A stretch of DNA of 64,000 nucleotides from Chloroflexota bacterium (lineage in GTDB: Bacteria > Chloroflexota > Dehalococcoidia > DSTF01 > RBG-16-68-14): contig QIFC01000123.1 of assembly GCA_003228685.1 (NCBI GenBank), positions 206 through 64,205 of the forward strand. Reading direction: 5' to 3'. Numbering within the stretch: position 1 is the stretch's first letter; every line of letters begins with the position of its first letter. Below, piece after piece: positions 29,071 to 39,370 of the stretch. A program made the translations under genes and the position numbers. The notes under the pieces are model-generated. The model made no database searches, was not told where the DNA came from, and saw only the letters and a program-made list of their open reading frames with translations.

Positions 29071-31386
29071 ATGCCAGTAGACCAAGAGACCCTCGACCAG
29101 ATCGCCCTCTCCCGGGAGGAGTACCAGCTCGCCTGCGAGCGGCTCGACCGCGAACCCAACGAGGTCGAGTTGGGCATGATCGGCGCGCTCTGGAGCGAGC
29201 ACTGCGGCTACAAGAACAGCCGCCCGCTGCTAAAGCTCTTCCCCACGGAGGGGCCGCGGCCAGACGGCCGCCCGTATGGGCGCTTGCTGACCAAGGTGGG
29301 CGAGGAAAACGCCGGCGTCGTCGACATCGGCGATGGCTGGTGCATCGCGTTCAAGATCGAATCCCACAACCATCCCTCCGCGATCGAGCCCTACCAGGGC
29401 GCCGCCACCGGCGTCGGCGGCATCGTGCGCGACATCTTCGCGATGGGCGCGCGGCCGATCGCCATCCTCGACTCGCTGCGATTCGGGCCGCTGACGGAAG
29501 CCCGCAACCGCTACCTGTTCAACGGCGTCGTCGAGGGCATCGGCGGCTACGGCAACTGCCTCGGCGTCCCCACCGTAGGGGGCGAAGTGGCGTTCGATGA
29601 GTCGTACTCGGGCAATCCGTTAGTGAACGCGATGTGCGTCGGCCTCGCGCGGATCGATAACCTGCAACGCGCGATCGCGACCGGGACGGGCAACCTCCTG
29701 ATGCTCGTCGGCGCGGACACCGGCAAGGACGGCATCCACGGCGCGACCTTCGCCAGCGTGCAGCTGGACGAAAAATCCGAGGAGCGCCGTCCCGCCGTGC
29801 AGGTCGGCAACCCCTTCATGGAGAAACTGCTGATGGAGGCCTGCGTGGAGCTGGCCGAGCAGCACGGCGATTGGATCGTCGGGCTGCAGGACCTCGGAGC
29901 GGCCGGGCTGACGAGCGCCAGCGTGGAGTGTGCCGCGAAGGGCCGCGTGGGCATCGATATCGACGTTGGCGCGGCGCCACGGCGCGAAGAGGGGATGACG
30001 CCGTACCATCTCATGCTCTCGGAATCGCAAGAGCGCATGCTCGTGATCGTCAAGCCCGAGCACGAGAGTGACGTGCGCGAACTGTTTGAACGTTGGGAGC
30101 TGCACTGTGTCGTCATCGGCGTCGTCACGGACGATGGCCGCGCGACGATCCGCGATAGTTCGACGCCCGTTAACGGCGACAACCCGGCTGTTGCGCGCGT
30201 ACCCGTGGACCTGCTTACGGATCCGCCGCAGTACGTGCGTGAGGGCGTCAAGCCCTCCTGGCTCAACGATCTGCAAGCATACGATCTCTCGTCGCTACCC
30301 GATCTCGCGCGTAGGGGTGTTCAATTGAACGCCCCTACCTTGGACATGGATGCGAACGCGGCTCTACTGTCTCTTCTTGCCGAGCCGGAGATCGCGTCGA
30401 AGCGCTGGGTCTGGCGCCAGTACGATCACCAGGTGCTCACGAACACAGTGATCGGGCCCGGAAGCGACGCCACGGTCGTGCGCATCAAAGGGACGGACCA
30501 AGCCATCGCGCTCGCTACGGACGGCGACGGCCGTATGTGCTACCTGGACCCGTATGCCGGCGGAGCGATGGCCGTCGCGGAGGCGGCGCGCAACGTCGTC
30601 TGCGCGGGCGCCGAGCCGATCGCGATCACCAACTGTCTGAACTTCGGCAACCCGGAGAAGCCCGAGGTCTACTTCCAGCTCGAGCAGGCGATCCGCGGCA
30701 TGGCCGCCGCTTGTAGAGCGCTCGGCACGCCGGTCGTCAGCGGCAACGTCTCGCTCTACAACGAGACCGCGGCCGGCGGCGGCGCCGCTCAGCCGATCTA
30801 CCCGACGCCCGTCGTCGGCATGTTGGGCCTGATGGAGAACGTGGACCAGGTCGTGCCGATGGCGTTCCAGGCCGCGGGCGATCACGTCTTCCTGCTGGGT
30901 GTGGACGCGTTGCAGGGTAACGCTGACGCGCTGGCAGGCGGCGAGTACCTGCGGACTGCCCATGGTCTCGTTGCGGGCCAGCCGCGTATCGATCTCGAAC
31001 TCGAGGTCCGGCTGCAGAAGCTCTGCCTGGAGGCCGGACGCTCAGGCCTGTTGCAGTCGGCGCACGACTGCTCTCGTGGCGGCCTCGCGGTCGCGCTCGC
31101 CGAGTGTTGCATCGATGGCGCGCGCGGGCTCTCGGCGCCGGATGTCGCGGTCTCAGGCCGCGTCGACGCCGCGCTCTTCGGTGAGGCGCCCTCTCGTATC
31201 GTCGTATCGACGCGAGACGGAGCGCGCCTGCAAGCGCTCGCGGCCGAACACGACGTAGCCTCCTTGCAGGTCGGTACCGTCTCGGGCGACCGGCTGGTGC
31301 TGGGAGAGGCGCTGGACGTCGCTGTCGCGGACATGCGAGACGCCTACGAAGGCGGCCTCCCTCGTGCGCTCGGCCAGCCTGCTTGA
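29071..31386 (+). CDS. purL: Phosphoribosylformylglycinamidine synthase subunit PurL
   Basis: [57 protein letters not shown]. Confidence 0.97.
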   Translation: MPVDQETLDQIALSREEYQLACERLDREPNEVELGMIGALWSEHCGYKNSRPLLKLFPTEGPRPDGRPYGRLLTKVGEENAGVVDIGDGWCIAFKIESHNHPSAIEPYQGAATGVGGIVRDIFAMGARPIAILDSLRFGPLTEARNRYLFNGVVEGIGGYGNCLGVPTVGGEVAFDESYSGNPLVNAMCVGLARIDNLQRAIATGTGNLLMLVGADTGKDGIHGATFASVQLDEKSEERRPAVQVGNPFMEKLLMEACVELAEQHGDWIVGLQDLGAAGLTSASVECAAKGRVGIDIDVGAAPRREEGMTPYHLMLSESQERMLVIVKPEHESDVRELFERWELHCVVIGVVTDDGRATIRDSSTPVNGDNPAVARVPVDLLTDPPQYVREGVKPSWLNDLQAYDLSSLPDLARRGVQLNAPTLDMDANAALLSLLAEPEIASKRWVWRQYDHQVLTNTVIGPGSDATVVRIKGTDQAIALATDGDGRMCYLDPYAGGAMAVAEAARNVVCAGAEPIAITNCLNFGNPEKPEVYFQLEQAIRGMAAACRALGTPVVSGNVSLYNETAAGGGAAQPIYPTPVVGMLGLMENVDQVVPMAFQAAGDHVFLLGVDALQGNADALAGGEYLRTAHGLVAGQPRIDLELEVRLQKLCLEAGRSGLLQSAHDCSRGGLAVALAECCIDGARGLSAPDVAVSGRVDAALFGEAPSRIVVSTRDGARLQALAAEHDVASLQVGTVSGDRLVLGEALDVAVADMRDAYEGGLPRALGQPA
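30311..30338. repeat. GTAG-type REP-like palindrome in frame within purL
   Basis: GTAGGGGTGTTCAA/TTGAACGCCCCTAC, one mismatch (G-T). Confidence 0.7.
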
Positions 31387-31524
31387 CAGAACACTAGCCC
31401 TGACGTACATTCGTTCTGAGGGTGATCGGGCCTCGCGGGCATCGAAATGTGAACAGATAACGCCTGTCAACGTGTCCGGCGTACTCGAAAAACCATTGAC
31501 CTGACAGCGGCCCCCGCCTAATCT
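31383..31524 (+). promoter_or_regulatory. Two tandem sigma70-type promoters upstream of rplI-dnaB
   Basis: TTGACA-N17-TACATT (31383-31411) and TTGACC-N17-TAATCT (31496-31524). Confidence 0.6.
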
Positions 31525-31570
31525 GAGATACCAGCGCTTCGCCTTTTGGCGTCGCGACGAGGAGAACAAC

Positions 31571-32260
31571 ATGAAAGTCGTATTTCTAGAGAGCATCGAA
31601 GGCACCGCCATCGTCGGCGACGTGAAGGAAGTCAAGAACGGCTTCGCGCGTAACTACTTGCTGCCGCGCGGCCTAGCCGCACCTGCCAAAGAGCCGTACC
31701 TGGAGCGAGCGCGGGCCGGCGCGGTGCGCGAAGCGCGCAAGCAGGAAGCGTTGGACAAGGACGCGACGGTGATCGCGGAACGGCTGGAAGGCGAAAAGAT
31801 CACCATGATCGCCAGGGTCGGAGAGCAGGGCAAGCTTTACGGTTCCATCACGAGCGTCCACATCGCCGAGGAAGTCACCAAGCTGATCGGCCACGAAGAG
31901 CCGTTCGACCACCGCAAGGTGCTGCTGCCTGAGGCGATTAAGGAGGTCGGCGTGCAGCCCGTGCGCCTGCGCTTCACGCGAAACGTCGAGGCCGCTATCG
32001 AGGTCGAGGTGGTCGCGGAAGAACTCGAAGAGGACGATGTTCCGATCGATCCGGACGCCGATCCAGACGCTGAGTCGTCCGGCGACGAGACAGCGGAAGC
32101 TGATCCCGACGCTGACGAGTCGAGTTCGGGCGCCACTGAGGAAGCGTCAGAGGAGCCCAAGGCAGAACTGGAAAGAGAGTCCGCTGAGGACGCGGCGGCC
32201 TCCGGCGAAGCAGAGGCAGCAGACGAGCCTGCCGAGGACAGCGCCGAAGAAGAGTCCTAA
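31571..32260 (+). CDS. rplI: 50S ribosomal protein L9 with acidic C-terminal tail
   Basis: MKVVFL...VKNGFARNYLLPRGLA, GKLYGSIT. Confidence 0.96.
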   Translation: MKVVFLESIEGTAIVGDVKEVKNGFARNYLLPRGLAAPAKEPYLERARAGAVREARKQEALDKDATVIAERLEGEKITMIARVGEQGKLYGSITSVHIAEEVTKLIGHEEPFDHRKVLLPEAIKEVGVQPVRLRFTRNVEAAIEVEVVAEELEEDDVPIDPDADPDAESSGDETAEADPDADESSSGATEEASEEPKAELERESAEDAAASGEAEAADEPAEDSAEEES

Positions 32261-32376
32261 TAGGACGCGCGAGCCGGCGGGCTTCGCAGGAACCCTAAGC
32301 CAGCAACGCGCCCGGCCGGGAAGGGCCAAGCGCTTCAATACGGACCCAGTCAGATTGCGCATGGAGGCCGCGTCGC

Positions 32377-33759
32377 ATGGTCACGAGCGATACGAAGGTC
32401 GTTCCCTCGGATGTCGACGCGGAAGAAGCGGTCCTGGCGTCTATTCTTGTCGATAAAGAAGCGATATTCAAGGTTCAGACTGAGGTAGATCCCAGGGACT
32501 TCTACAGGGACACAAACCGCTTCGTCTACGAAGCATGCCTCGCCTTGGTGGAGAGAGAAGAAACGATAGACCAGGTCATGGTCGCCCACGAGCTTTCGCG
32601 GAAGCATCAGCTCGAGGATGTCGGTGGACCAGCCTTTCTTTCGAAGATCATTGCTGAGCTGCCCACACCGATCGGCGTCGAGCACTACGCTCGTCTGGTT
32701 CGCCGCGACTCCATCTACCGCAACCTGATCGGAATGACTGAACAGATCAAGAACATGGCCTACACAGCTGGACCCGAGCTAAGTGCCGTCCTCGACCGCG
32801 CTCAGGACCTGATCATGTCTCTTCGGACGTCCGACCAGAAAGGTGATTTCGAGCACGTCCGAAACCTGCTCGAAGAGTACCTGGACGCACCCGGCATCGA
32901 TGCCCCTAACGCGAACCTGCTCCATCAAATTCGCACCGGCTTCGTCGATCTCGACACGCTGCTTGGTGGCCTCAAGCGGGCAGACCTGGTGATCGTGGCC
33001 GCTAGGCCGAGCATAGGCAAGACCAGCCTCGCCCTCAACATCGCTCGCAATGCCGCTATTGGCCAAGATGCCCGCGTTGCGATTTTCAGCCTGGAGATGG
33101 CGGCGGCTCAGCTCGCTCAGAGAATGCTGGCAAGTGAATCCGGCCTCGACTCGACACGATTGCGCCTCGGTGAACACACGGAACCCGAGGAGCAGAAGAT
33201 GCTGGGTGCCGTGGGGGTGTTAGCCGGGGCGGAGGTCTACATTGATGACACGGCCGTCCAGAGCATTGCGGAGATCCGCGCAAAGGCTCACAGGTTGCAT
33301 CGCGAACATCCTCTAGACATGATCATCGTCGATTATTTGCAACTGATCCATGGCGGTAGCAACAGGGGCGAAAGTCGCGTGAACGAAGTGAGTGAGATCT
33401 CCCGCTTGCTCAAAGGCCTGGCGCGCGAGTTGGACGTTGTCGTAATAGCGTGCTCACAGCTCTCACGAGCGCCGGAACAGCGCACGCCGCACGTGCCGAT
33501 GCTGAGCGACTTGCGTGAAAGTGGCAGCATCGAGCAGGACGCTGATATCGTCGCCTTCATCTATCGCGAGGAGATGTACGTCACCGAGGAAGAATGGCAG
33601 CGCATCTATCCCAACAAGCACTATCCGGAAGGCATCGCGCAGATCATCATCGCGAAAAACCGCAACGGCCCAACGGGTGTCGTCAACCTCCGGTTCCGCA
33701 AGGAATTCACCCGTTTCGAGGACCTCGACCTGCGGCAATCAGAGACGGTGTATGGCTAG
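32377..33759 (+). CDS. dnaB: Replicative DNA helicase
   Basis: AARPSIGKT, FSLEM, IIVDYLQL, SQLSR, DLRESGSIEQDAD, KNRNGPTG. Confidence 0.97.
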   Translation: MVTSDTKVVPSDVDAEEAVLASILVDKEAIFKVQTEVDPRDFYRDTNRFVYEACLALVEREETIDQVMVAHELSRKHQLEDVGGPAFLSKIIAELPTPIGVEHYARLVRRDSIYRNLIGMTEQIKNMAYTAGPELSAVLDRAQDLIMSLRTSDQKGDFEHVRNLLEEYLDAPGIDAPNANLLHQIRTGFVDLDTLLGGLKRADLVIVAARPSIGKTSLALNIARNAAIGQDARVAIFSLEMAAAQLAQRMLASESGLDSTRLRLGEHTEPEEQKMLGAVGVLAGAEVYIDDTAVQSIAEIRAKAHRLHREHPLDMIIVDYLQLIHGGSNRGESRVNEVSEISRLLKGLARELDVVVIACSQLSRAPEQRTPHVPMLSDLRESGSIEQDADIVAFIYREEMYVTEEEWQRIYPNKHYPEGIAQIIIAKNRNGPTGVVNLRFRKEFTRFEDLDLRQSETVYG

Positions 33760-35184
33760 ATGCGCAAACTGAGAGATCTCATTGAGCAGCGCGGCGAATT
33801 AGCGTCCCAGTTGCCTTCGTTCCTCAGTCTGGAGGCAGACCTCGATCAGGATGTCTGCAATGAATGCCACGGCGCGAATTTCGTAAGGCTTGATGTTCCC
33901 CGTGAACACCCGGACTTTGGCAAGGCCGTCCAGTGCCGCTGCGTCGATACAGAGAGCCATCAAGAGCGGACGGACCGGCTCCAGCGCTACAGCAATATCG
34001 GCCCGCTCACGCGCCTGACCTTCGACAACTTGATCGCGCGCGGGCGCAGCTCCGACCCGCGCGACCAGGCGCACTTCCAGCGCTGCGTGGAGGACGCGCA
34101 GGCCTTCGCGAAAGACCCGCAGGGCTGGCTCGTGCTCGTCGGCGCGTCCGGTTCCGGCAAGACGCACATCGCGGCCGCCATCACTAATCGCTGCTTGGAA
34201 CTCGGGACGCCGGCGCTGTTCGTCGTCGTGCCGGATCTGCTAGACCATCTGCGCGCCGCCTACCGGCCCGACGCCGAGGTGAGCTACGATCAGCTCTTCG
34301 AGCAGGTCCGCACCGCGCCCGTCCTCGTCCTCGACGACTTAGGTACGCACAGCGCCACGCCCTGGGCCGAAGAGAAGCTCTACCAACTCATCAACCATCG
34401 GTACAACGCCCGCCTGCCGACCGTCGTGACGACGAACAAGCCGTTGCGCAAGCTCGATGACCGCCTGCGGACGCGCCTGGGCGACCCGTCGCTCTCGCAG
34501 CCGCACGCCGATCCGATCTCGACCGTCCATCTCTTGGAGGAGCGCCGGCCGCTCGAAGACCTGGGCATGAACATGATCGGGCTGCCCATGATCCAAGAGA
34601 TGACGTTCGAGTCGTTCGATCTGACCGACTTCCGCTCGCCACGTGACCAGACCCAGCGCGAGCAGGCGTATCGAGCCGCTCTCGACTTCGCGGACAACCC
34701 CGATGGCTGGATGGTACTGCTGGGCGGGCGCGCGCGCGACCGCACCCACCTGGCCGCCGCGATCGCCAACCGGCGGCGGATGTCCGGCGAACTGCCGGTC
34801 TACGTGCAGATATCCGACTTTCTCGATTCGCTCCGGCGCACGATCAACGACGATGATCAACGGGACTTCGACCGGATTAAGAGGACAGCGCGTGACTGCC
34901 CGTTCCTGATCCTGGAGGATCTAGAGGTCGGCATGCGCAGCGACTGGGTAAGAGATCAGTTATTCCAGACGCTCAACCCGCGTTGCCTGGCGCGGCTCCC
35001 TACCGTCATCACGACGCCGCACACGCTCACGAAGCTGGTGACCGATCCGGGTTGGGAACGGCTCGCGCGGTTGCTCACGGACCCGCGTTTTTCGTCGGAG
35101 ATCGTGGTTGGCGAGACGCCGCAGGAGGAGGAAGTCGCGCAGCCGAAGAGGCGTGCCGCCAAGCGATCTGGCAGGGGCACGTAG
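33760..35184 (+). CDS. DnaC/IstB-like helicase loader with two tandem AAA+ domains
   Basis: N-terminal CNEC..CRC; GASGSGKTH, VLDDLG, TVVTTN; second domain GGRARDRTH and ILEDL. Confidence 0.85.
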   Translation: MRKLRDLIEQRGELASQLPSFLSLEADLDQDVCNECHGANFVRLDVPREHPDFGKAVQCRCVDTESHQERTDRLQRYSNIGPLTRLTFDNLIARGRSSDPRDQAHFQRCVEDAQAFAKDPQGWLVLVGASGSGKTHIAAAITNRCLELGTPALFVVVPDLLDHLRAAYRPDAEVSYDQLFEQVRTAPVLVLDDLGTHSATPWAEEKLYQLINHRYNARLPTVVTTNKPLRKLDDRLRTRLGDPSLSQPHADPISTVHLLEERRPLEDLGMNMIGLPMIQEMTFESFDLTDFRSPRDQTQREQAYRAALDFADNPDGWMVLLGGRARDRTHLAAAIANRRRMSGELPVYVQISDFLDSLRRTINDDDQRDFDRIKRTARDCPFLILEDLEVGMRSDWVRDQLFQTLNPRCLARLPTVITTPHTLTKLVTDPGWERLARLLTDPRFSSEIVVGETPQEEEVAQPKRRAAKRSGRGT

Positions 35185-35201
35185 GCGTTCCATGGAGGCG
35201 T

Positions 35202-35234
35202 GGTACCGCGCTGTACACAATGCGGCGCGGTACC
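35202..35234 (+). terminator. Hairpin after the dnaC-like gene
   Basis: GGTACCGCGCTGTA-CACAA-TGCGGCGCGGTACC; no clear U tract. Confidence 0.4.
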
Positions 35235-35248
35235 GAAGCGCACATTTC

Positions 35249-35277
35249 TTGACATTCGGCTGAGCGTCTCTTAGAAT
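35249..35277 (+). promoter_or_regulatory. Near-consensus sigma70 promoter
   Basis: TTGACA-N17-TAGAAT. Confidence 0.7.
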
Positions 35278-35349
35278 CCCGCCGTGGCGTTCGGCCTGAC
35301 CTGGTGGCAGGTTCTTCCATGAATATGGCAGTTCCAAGGAGGGACAGGG

Positions 35350-35637
35350 GTGTTTGAGGACAAGACCATCGCATGCAAAGACTGCGGAGAGGACTTCCTG
35401 TTTACCGCGGGTGAGCAGGGCTTCTATTTGGAGAAGGGGTTGCTCAACGAACCGCAACGTTGCGCGCCCTGCCGCGAAAAGCGTCGTGCGGAACGCTCGG
35501 AGAGTGCCCGGCAAGAAACGACGGTCGTTTGCGCGGACTGCGGCATTGAGACGACGGTGCCGTTCGTGCCGCGCCTCAACCGGCCGGTCTACTGCAACGA
35601 GTGTTTCCAGAAAGAGCGGACGGGAGCCCCCGTCTAA
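35350..35637 (+). CDS. Zinc-ribbon / CxxC-x17-CxxC domain protein
   Basis: DKTIACKDCG..FLFTAGEQ.FY..KG..NEPQRC..CR; CADCG...VPF.P...RPVYCNECF. Confidence 0.9.
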   Translation: MFEDKTIACKDCGEDFLFTAGEQGFYLEKGLLNEPQRCAPCREKRRAERSESARQETTVVCADCGIETTVPFVPRLNRPVYCNECFQKERTGAPV

Positions 35638-35658
35638 GGCGGAACGCTGCGCCAGCGC

Positions 35659-36351
35659 TTACGTCTTGGCGCTCTCGGGCGCATCCACCGGATGGCCGGC
35701 TACCCAATCGCCGCCACCGTCCGCCCAGATCTCCTTCTTCCAGATCGGAACCGTCTCCTTAATCCGGTCGACCGCGAAGTGACACGCCTCGAACGCCTCG
35801 CGCCGGTGCGCGGAAGAGACGGCAACCAGCAGGCTCGTCTCGCCGACCTTGAGCAGGCCCGTACGGTGGTGAACGCCGATGCCGGTGATGTCGAACCGCT
35901 TCCGCACTTCGTCGCCCACCTCTCGTAGCTTCTTCTCAGCGAGCGACTCATGGGCTTCGTACTCCAGGGCGCGCACGGCCCGGCCTTCGTTGTTGTTCCG
36001 GGCGACGCCATAGAAGAGCGTTACGGCGCCGCTTTCGTCGGCTCGGACGGCGTCTGTCAGGCGCTGCGGGTCCAGCTCCTCCTCCGTCACCAGGAACAGG
36101 CCGGTGCTCCCACCACTCACGGGCGGGATCAGCGCGACCTCGTCGCCGTCCTTGAGCTGGTGGTCCGTCGGTACGTACTCGTCGGCTACGGCGCAGACCA
36201 GCGTCGCCAAGTACGGCACGACGACCGGGTAGCGTGCCCCTAGCTCGTCACGTAGCTGGTCGACAGTCGATCCATCGGCGAGTTCCATTGTGACCTCTCG
36301 TTTGCCCACGAGGTCGTGGAGTCCGGCGAACAGGCTGATGTTGACCTTCAT
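35659..36351 (-). CDS. moaE: Molybdopterin synthase MoaD-MoaE fusion
   Basis: MoaD part ends LIPPVSGG; MoaE part GA...F.G..RN, LEYEAH, HRTG, SAHR, VPIWKKE. Confidence 0.9.
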   Translation of the reverse strand: MKVNISLFAGLHDLVGKREVTMELADGSTVDQLRDELGARYPVVVPYLATLVCAVADEYVPTDHQLKDGDEVALIPPVSGGSTGLFLVTEEELDPQRLTDAVRADESGAVTLFYGVARNNNEGRAVRALEYEAHESLAEKKLREVGDEVRKRFDITGIGVHHRTGLLKVGETSLLVAVSSAHRREAFEACHFAVDRIKETVPIWKKEIWADGGGDWVAGHPVDAPESAKT

Positions 36352-36486
36352 TACCGAAGCCTCAAATGGAATGCGGAATCTGATGTAGTATACAAAAGCG
36401 GCTGCGCGGCTGTCCAAAGGATTGGCCCCCGCTCTAAGCTGAGAGTCCTACTCAAGCAGGGATGCTGGTCACGTTGGAGGTGTTGG

Positions 36487-37179
36487 GTGGTAGGGAGGCT
36501 GGGCCATGCGGTCCTTGAATTCGTATTTCCGTCTCGTTGTGTAGGATGCGCGCGTAGCGGCTCCTTCCTTTGTGACGCCTGCATCGATGAACTGCCGCGG
36601 GCGGATGCGCCGCGCTGCTGGCGCTGCTGGCGTCCGCAGAGCAGGTTCGACTTGTGCCCGGAGTGCCATGCGGCCCCGCCGCCGTTCGAGAGTCTGCGCT
36701 CCGCGTTCGTGTATCAGGGCACAGTGCGCCAGTTGGTCCGCGGCCTCAAGTATCGAGGCATGACCGCCCTCGCCGAGCCGATGGCCGCCCTGCTGGCGGA
36801 GGCGGCGCTCGAGTTCGATATGGAAGCAGACTTGATCGTGCCGGTGCCACTGTCCGGTCTCCGGCACCGGACGCGTGGCTACAACCAAGCCTCGGAGCTG
36901 GCAACGCACCTAGGCCGAGAACTCGACGCGCCGATGCGCCCGCGGGCCCTGGAGCGCGTGCGGCACACGCCGCCGCAGGCGCGAAGCGCGGATGCGGCCC
37001 AGCGCCGGCGCAACGTGCAAGGAGCGTTCCGCTCCGAGGATCCAGCGGTCGAGGGCAATCGTATCCTGCTGGTGGATGACGTTACGACCACAGGTGCGAC
37101 GTTGGCCGCCTGCGCGGACGCGCTCGACCGCGCGGGCGCGCAGTCAGTCTCGTGCCTGACGTTCGCTACGGAGGACTGA
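36487..37179 (+). CDS. comF: ComF-family phosphoribosyltransferase with double zinc ribbon
   Basis: FPSRCVGC, LKYRG, VPVPL, RGYNQ, RRRNV.GAF, LLVDDVTTTGAT. Confidence 0.9.
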   Translation: MVGRLGHAVLEFVFPSRCVGCARSGSFLCDACIDELPRADAPRCWRCWRPQSRFDLCPECHAAPPPFESLRSAFVYQGTVRQLVRGLKYRGMTALAEPMAALLAEAALEFDMEADLIVPVPLSGLRHRTRGYNQASELATHLGRELDAPMRPRALERVRHTPPQARSADAAQRRRNVQGAFRSEDPAVEGNRILLVDDVTTTGATLAACADALDRAGAQSVSCLTFATED

Positions 37180-37256
37180 TTGGTTAGCCCAGTAGGCGTA
37201 ACTTGTCGTATTATGACGCTGACATTCGCGTTATGTCTTAAAGGGGGAAGAGCGGT

Positions 37257-38750
37257 ATGAGCCGCGACGGGCGTAGATTCGACTCGCGTTCAGAGGCCAG
37301 GCGCCCAGGTGTGGCGTCTGAGGGTGCGCACGCCTTGAGGCGTGGCGGCTCGCCGCTAATCCTCGCGATCGTTGTCGCTCTGCTGGCGGCCGCTCTGCTC
37401 GTCTTCGCATACGACAGCTCGGCGCCCGAGACGGCAGACGCTGCCGGAACGGGGCCTGGCATGGCGCTCCAGTTCTACCCCAACACGCAGAAGACGGGCA
37501 CTCCCTGTACGGGTCAGTGCGTGGGAACGATCGGCGAGACGTCGAGCATCGACGTCATAACGAATCCCGCGCCACCGAGCGGCTTCAGCGCCTATAAGAT
37601 TGTCATTGAGTACTCGGGCGTAAAGCTGGTCGACCAGGCTGGGGTCGATGAGAACGAGAATCCGTTTTGCAGCCCCCTACTGATCTTGCGCAGCAATGTT
37701 CCGGAGACGCCATCATCGCCGGGGAGGTACGAGTTCTCCTGCAGCAATTTCGATCCGCAGTACACGGGTAGGATGTTGAACATTCAATTCGTGTGTAATA
37801 CAAGTTCGACGCAGGGGTTCGTCAACCTCTTGGCTGGTCTGCCGAGCGGCACTGTCTATATGAACCACACGCATACACACATCCCTAAGCTGATGCCGAT
37901 CAAGGAGCCGGACTTAATCACCATCAACTGCGCGACGCCGACGCCGGTGCCGACGGACACGCCGGTGCCGACGGACACGCCGGTGCCGACGGACACGCCG
38001 GTGCCGACGGACACGCCGGTGCCGACGGACACGCGGGTGCCGTCAGACACGCCCGTGCCGTCAGACACGCCGGTGGGCACACCCGACGAAACGCCGGAAA
38101 CACCGCCTTCGCCGACCGGGACGTCCGTACCGACAGACACGCTGACGCCGACGGCAACGTGGACGCAGGTGCCCACGTGGACGCCTGAGCCAACGTGGAC
38201 GCCTGAGCCGACATGGACGCCTGGCGGTTCGCCGACCGTGACGCCGACCCAATCGAGGAATACGCCGACGCCGACGCCAACCGGTTCCACGAGCACGCCC
38301 ACCGTGACGCCGTCGCCGGGCGGTCCCTCACCGACGCCGACGGTGACGTCCACGCCGGGTGGGCCGACTTCCACCCCCGGCGGGCCGACGTCCACCCCCG
38401 GCGGGCCGACATCAACGCCATCGACCGGCACGCCCGACCCGGCAACGTCGACGCCTGGCACGCCGGGGACCACGCCTACGTCTGACGTCCTCGGTACAAG
38501 CCAGCCGCCAGGTGGCACGCCAACACCGCCGGGCGGCGGCGTGGTCGGACTGCCTGACTCCGGCAGCGGCATCGGGCCGGCAAGCGGTGGCGCCTTCATC
38601 GCGACGTTCATGGGCTTGGGCGTCGCCTTCGCGGGAGTGATTGTGTGGCGTTCAGGACGTCTCGCGCTCTTCGGCGCGCTAGGCCGTCCCAGCGAGTTCC
38701 GCCCAGCTTGGCGCCGGGCGCCGCTGTCCAGGCGCGGCCCGCCCGGGTAG
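37257..38750 (+). CDS. Pro/Thr-rich surface protein with LPXTG-like (LPDSG) C-terminal sorting signal
   Basis: N-terminal TM, cohesin-like Cys domain, TPVPTD/PTWTPE/PGGPTST repeats, LPDSG followed by TM and basic tail. Confidence 0.75.
   Translation: MSRDGRRFDSRSEARRPGVASEGAHALRRGGSPLILAIVVALLAAALLVFAYDSSAPETADAAGTGPGMALQFYPNTQKTGTPCTGQCVGTIGETSSIDVITNPAPPSGFSAYKIVIEYSGVKLVDQAGVDENENPFCSPLLILRSNVPETPSSPGRYEFSCSNFDPQYTGRMLNIQFVCNTSSTQGFVNLLAGLPSGTVYMNHTHTHIPKLMPIKEPDLITINCATPTPVPTDTPVPTDTPVPTDTPVPTDTPVPTDTRVPSDTPVPSDTPVGTPDETPETPPSPTGTSVPTDTLTPTATWTQVPTWTPEPTWTPEPTWTPGGSPTVTPTQSRNTPTPTPTGSTSTPTVTPSPGGPSPTPTVTSTPGGPTSTPGGPTSTPGGPTSTPSTGTPDPATSTPGTPGTTPTSDVLGTSQPPGGTPTPPGGGVVGLPDSGSGIGPASGGAFIATFMGLGVAFAGVIVWRSGRLALFGALGRPSEFRPAWRRAPLSRRGPPG
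37941..38066 (+). repeat. 18-bp coding tandem repeat (TPVPTD)
   Basis: ACGCCGGTGCCGACGGAC x5 perfect plus 2 degenerate copies. Confidence 0.92.
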
Positions 38751-38827
38751 CGGGCAGGCATCCTGCCCGGCCAGCTCCGTTTGCCGTGCGCCCCGCGCTG
38801 TTCTAGAATTTGATCGCGGAGGCCATC

Positions 38828-39370
38828 ATGGAAATTAAGGTGAGAGGCAAGCACTTCAGCGTACCCGAGCATGTGGAGGAGCGAGCCCAGACGAAGTTCC
38901 AGCATTTGGAGCACTACCTTCCCTTGCTCAAAGACGGCACGTGCGATGTCGATCTGTCGCATGAGAAGGCAAAGGAGCCGGACCGCCGCTTCACGGTCCA
39001 TGTCAACGTAAGCGCCCACGGCGTCCATCTCCAGGCGACCGGTCACGCTGAACAGCCGGAGTCGGCGATCGATCATGCCGCTCACGTGCTCACGAGGCAG
39101 GCGCAGCGCCAGAAGGACCGCCTCTACCGCCATGGCCGGCGTGGAGAGGAAGAGGCCAAGCCCGCACCGGAAGCCGGCGTGTCGCCTGGGCGGCCCGCCC
39201 GGGTCAAGCGGTTCGTCATGAAGCCCATGACCGTGGCCGAAGCGATGGAGCAGATCGAAGCGCTGGGGCACAGCTTCTACGTCTTCCATCACGCAAACGA
39301 AGAGCGGGTCGCCGTGCTCTATCGGCGCCATGCCGGCGGCTACGGGCTCATCCTGCCGGAGCTGCCGTGA
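38828..39370 (+). CDS. raiA: Ribosome hibernation promoting factor, long HPF/RaiA
   Basis: MEIKVRGKH.., SAIDHA..L.RQ, VKRF.MKPMTV.EA.EQ...LGHSFYVF, VLYRR..G.YGLI; downstream of comF. Confidence 0.9.
   Translation: MEIKVRGKHFSVPEHVEERAQTKFQHLEHYLPLLKDGTCDVDLSHEKAKEPDRRFTVHVNVSAHGVHLQATGHAEQPESAIDHAAHVLTRQAQRQKDRLYRHGRRGEEEAKPAPEAGVSPGRPARVKRFVMKPMTVAEAMEQIEALGHSFYVFHHANEERVAVLYRRHAGGYGLILPELP

Noticed and set aside
31447-31460. DnaA box or oriC upstream of rplI-dnaB
   Set aside because: One weak 6/9 match and no AT-rich unwinding element
33760-35184. IS21 IstB helper indicating a mobile element
   Set aside because: No IstA or terminal repeats; directly coupled to dnaB
37856-39331. Long antisense ORFs (also 18275-19675, 51891-53243, 13727-14869, 62840-63979)
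   Set aside because: Shadow frames of high-GC genes on the opposite strand
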